This document shows positions 35,634-37,435 of a stretch of 37,435 nt of DNA, in pieces. Every line of letters starts with the position of its first letter. Within the stretch, counting starts at the first letter, position 1. Under the pieces are notes generated by a model. That model made no database searches. It was not told where the DNA came from and was given only the letters and a program-made list of their open reading frames with translations. The position numbers and the translations under genes are program-made. The stretch is from a virus (taxonomy: Duplodnaviria > Caudoviricetes), in the IMG/VR virus record IMGVR_UViG_3300032312_002180, positions 1 through 37,435 of that record; one strand, given 5' to 3'.

Positions 35634-36728
35634 TTAATTTATTAATGTTTGAACAAAATTTAATGCAGATTCTATAACCTTTTCCATATCATAGTACTTA
35701 TATTCGGCAAGTCTACCCCCAAAATAGACATTTAAATTTTCTTTAGATTTTTCTTTATACGCGGAATAAATTTTGTTGTTTATTTTATCATTCACAGGAT
35801 AGTACGGCTCTGTTTTATTCGGTATATAATCTTTCGGATACTCCCAACTAACCCATGTTGAATTTGATTTGAAATTTTCAAAATGTTTATGTTCAATTGT
35901 TCTTGTATATGGAATATCGACATCTGTATAATTAATTACAGAGGTACCCTGATAATTTTCAATATCAAACATCTTATGTTCAAAATCTGTCGTTTTGTAT
36001 TCCAAATATCCAAGTGAATAATCATAAAACCTATCAATCGGTCCAGTATATATTACTTTCTTTGATAGAGAATTAAATAATTCTTTGTTTTTCAAGTAGT
36101 CAACATTTAACCTAACTTCAATATCCTTTAATAATTTTTCAAATATTTTTGTATATCCACCTATAGGTATTCCCTGATATTTGTCGTTAAAATAATTGTT
36201 ATCGTATGTAAACCTAACAGGAATTCTTTTAATTATTTCGGACGGTAATTCTTTGGGATGTTTTTTCCATTGTTTTTGAGTGTATCCCTTTATCAGTTTT
36301 TCATAGACTTCAATACCCACAAATTTTATTGCTTGTTCTTCTAAATTTTTTGGGGTTTCTATTTCCATTCTTTGATTTGAAATAATTACTCTCGCTTCTT
36401 CGGGTGTTTTAATATTCCACAATTTAGAAAAAGTCCACATATTAAAAGGTAATGAAAATATATCTCCTTTGTAATTTGCCACTGGTGAATACCTAAAATT
36501 ATTAAACGATGTAAATTTATTAATCCAAGTCCACACTTCTTCATTTGATGTGTGAAAAATATGAGGACCATATATGTGTACATTTATATTATCTCTATTT
36601 TCTGTGTAGCAATTACCACCAATATGGTTTCTTGATTCTAATACTAAAACTTTTTTACCAATTTTATTCAATTCGTGTGCACATATTGAACCAAAAAATC
36701 CGGCACCTACAATAACATAATCGTACAT
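35634..36728 (-). CDS. glf: UDP-galactopyranose mutase
   Basis: VGAGFFG, HIGGNCY, YGPHIFHT, GYTQKQW, YFNDKYQGIP, YTGPID, EPYYP, GRLAEYKYYDM. Confidence 0.96.
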   Translation of the reverse strand: MYDYVIVGAGFFGSICAHELNKIGKKVLVLESRNHIGGNCYTENRDNINVHIYGPHIFHTSNEEVWTWINKFTSFNNFRYSPVANYKGDIFSLPFNMWTFSKLWNIKTPEEARVIISNQRMEIETPKNLEEQAIKFVGIEVYEKLIKGYTQKQWKKHPKELPSEIIKRIPVRFTYDNNYFNDKYQGIPIGGYTKIFEKLLKDIEVRLNVDYLKNKELFNSLSKKVIYTGPIDRFYDYSLGYLEYKTTDFEHKMFDIENYQGTSVINYTDVDIPYTRTIEHKHFENFKSNSTWVSWEYPKDYIPNKTEPYYPVNDKINNKIYSAYKEKSKENLNVYFGGRLAEYKYYDMEKVIESALNFVQTLIN

Positions 36729-36730
36729 AA

Positions 36731-37309
36731 TTATAACTTTTTTATTAAAAGTTGTTCACCTTTTTGAATAATTTTTAACTCGTTCAAATATTCACTAATA
36801 AATTTGTTAATTCCCAATTTGGTGTCCTTCCAAAGAAAATCGTCGAACAAAATGTACCCATCTTTTTTACATAAGTCAAAGGAATTAATTGCATCAATAT
36901 AAACTGATTCAGGTCTATGGTCACCATCTATGTATATGAATGAAAAATTTTTACCAAAATCATTTCGTAATTTATCGTAAACATTAAAACTCAAGTCTCT
37001 ATATAAAACAATTTTACCTGAATCAATGTGTTCTTGAACATTATTAATAAATCTATCGTATTGACCTTCAAAAAAAGAATATTCGGTTTTATTCAACTCA
37101 ATATCATTTGTGGTTAAATCTGTATTCAAATAATTGTCAGTCAAAGGGTCAACACAAACTAAAGTACCATTATCGAACATTAAATTTTCAACTATATAGT
37201 TAGAAGTTAAACCTTCAAAACATCCAATTTCTAAACATAGATTAAAATCTTTTACATAAGTTACATTATTAGTAAAATGGATATTCCAATCTTTTGTATA
37301 ATTTTTCAT
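36731..37309 (-). CDS. Class I SAM-dependent methyltransferase (Methyltransf_24-like)
   Basis: LEIGCFEG, CVDP, FIYIDGDH, GYILFDD; start at ATG 37309 (TAATG coupling). Confidence 0.85.
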   Translation of the reverse strand: MKNYTKDWNIHFTNNVTYVKDFNLCLEIGCFEGLTSNYIVENLMFDNGTLVCVDPLTDNYLNTDLTTNDIELNKTEYSFFEGQYDRFINNVQEHIDSGKIVLYRDLSFNVYDKLRNDFGKNFSFIYIDGDHRPESVYIDAINSFDLCKKDGYILFDDFLWKDTKLGINKFISEYLNELKIIQKGEQLLIKKL

Positions 37310-37434
37310 TATATTTTTTCGCAAACAAAAAGACCGAATCCGTTCCAATATTCTGAAGGACCCGTCAATTCTTGTAAGGTTATCTTTTCAATCTTTTTAT
37401 GTATTATAAGTCCAGATTCTTGAATACCATCATA
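37309..37434 (-). CDS. 3' end of an upstream gene, possibly a second methyltransferase (truncated by the window)
   Basis: Open frame YDGIQESGLIIHKKIEKITLQELTGPSEYWNGFGLFVCEKI* whose stop overlaps the next ATG. Confidence 0.6.
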   Translation of the reverse strand, partial: YDGIQESGLIIHKKIEKITLQELTGPSEYWNGFGLFVCEKI

Positions 37435-37435
37435 G

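Overview
AT-rich segment of a large T4-like (myovirus, jumbo-phage-type) bacteriophage genome in the standard genetic code. A Bacteroidota host is inferred from TTTG-N20-TAnnTTTG promoters, A-rich leaders without Shine-Dalgarno sequences, a Bacteroidota-type bS21 and a DUF4494-like protein. Left to right: (1) a protein quality-control cluster with a tmRNA carrying an unusually long tag, an M20/M28-clan peptidase, a ClpC without its N-domain, and an Hsp20 behind a sigma54-like promoter with three phased boxes; (2) small enzymes (minimal kinase-like protein, KTSC protein, Pol-beta nucleotidyltransferase) and a mucin-like Thr/Pro protein; (3) the head module (terminase, portal, prohead protease, scaffold, major capsid) with an antisense bS21 and a downstream OmpA-domain protein; (4) a minus-strand block with baseplate/spike genes, a gp55-like late sigma factor, two glycosyltransferases, a degenerate HAD protein, PhoH, UDP-galactopyranose mutase and methyltransferases. 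A recurrent upstream motif, TATTTAT(A), is the reverse complement of the T4 late promoter and is the likely late promoter. All assignments come from motif reading by eye; no database search was run.
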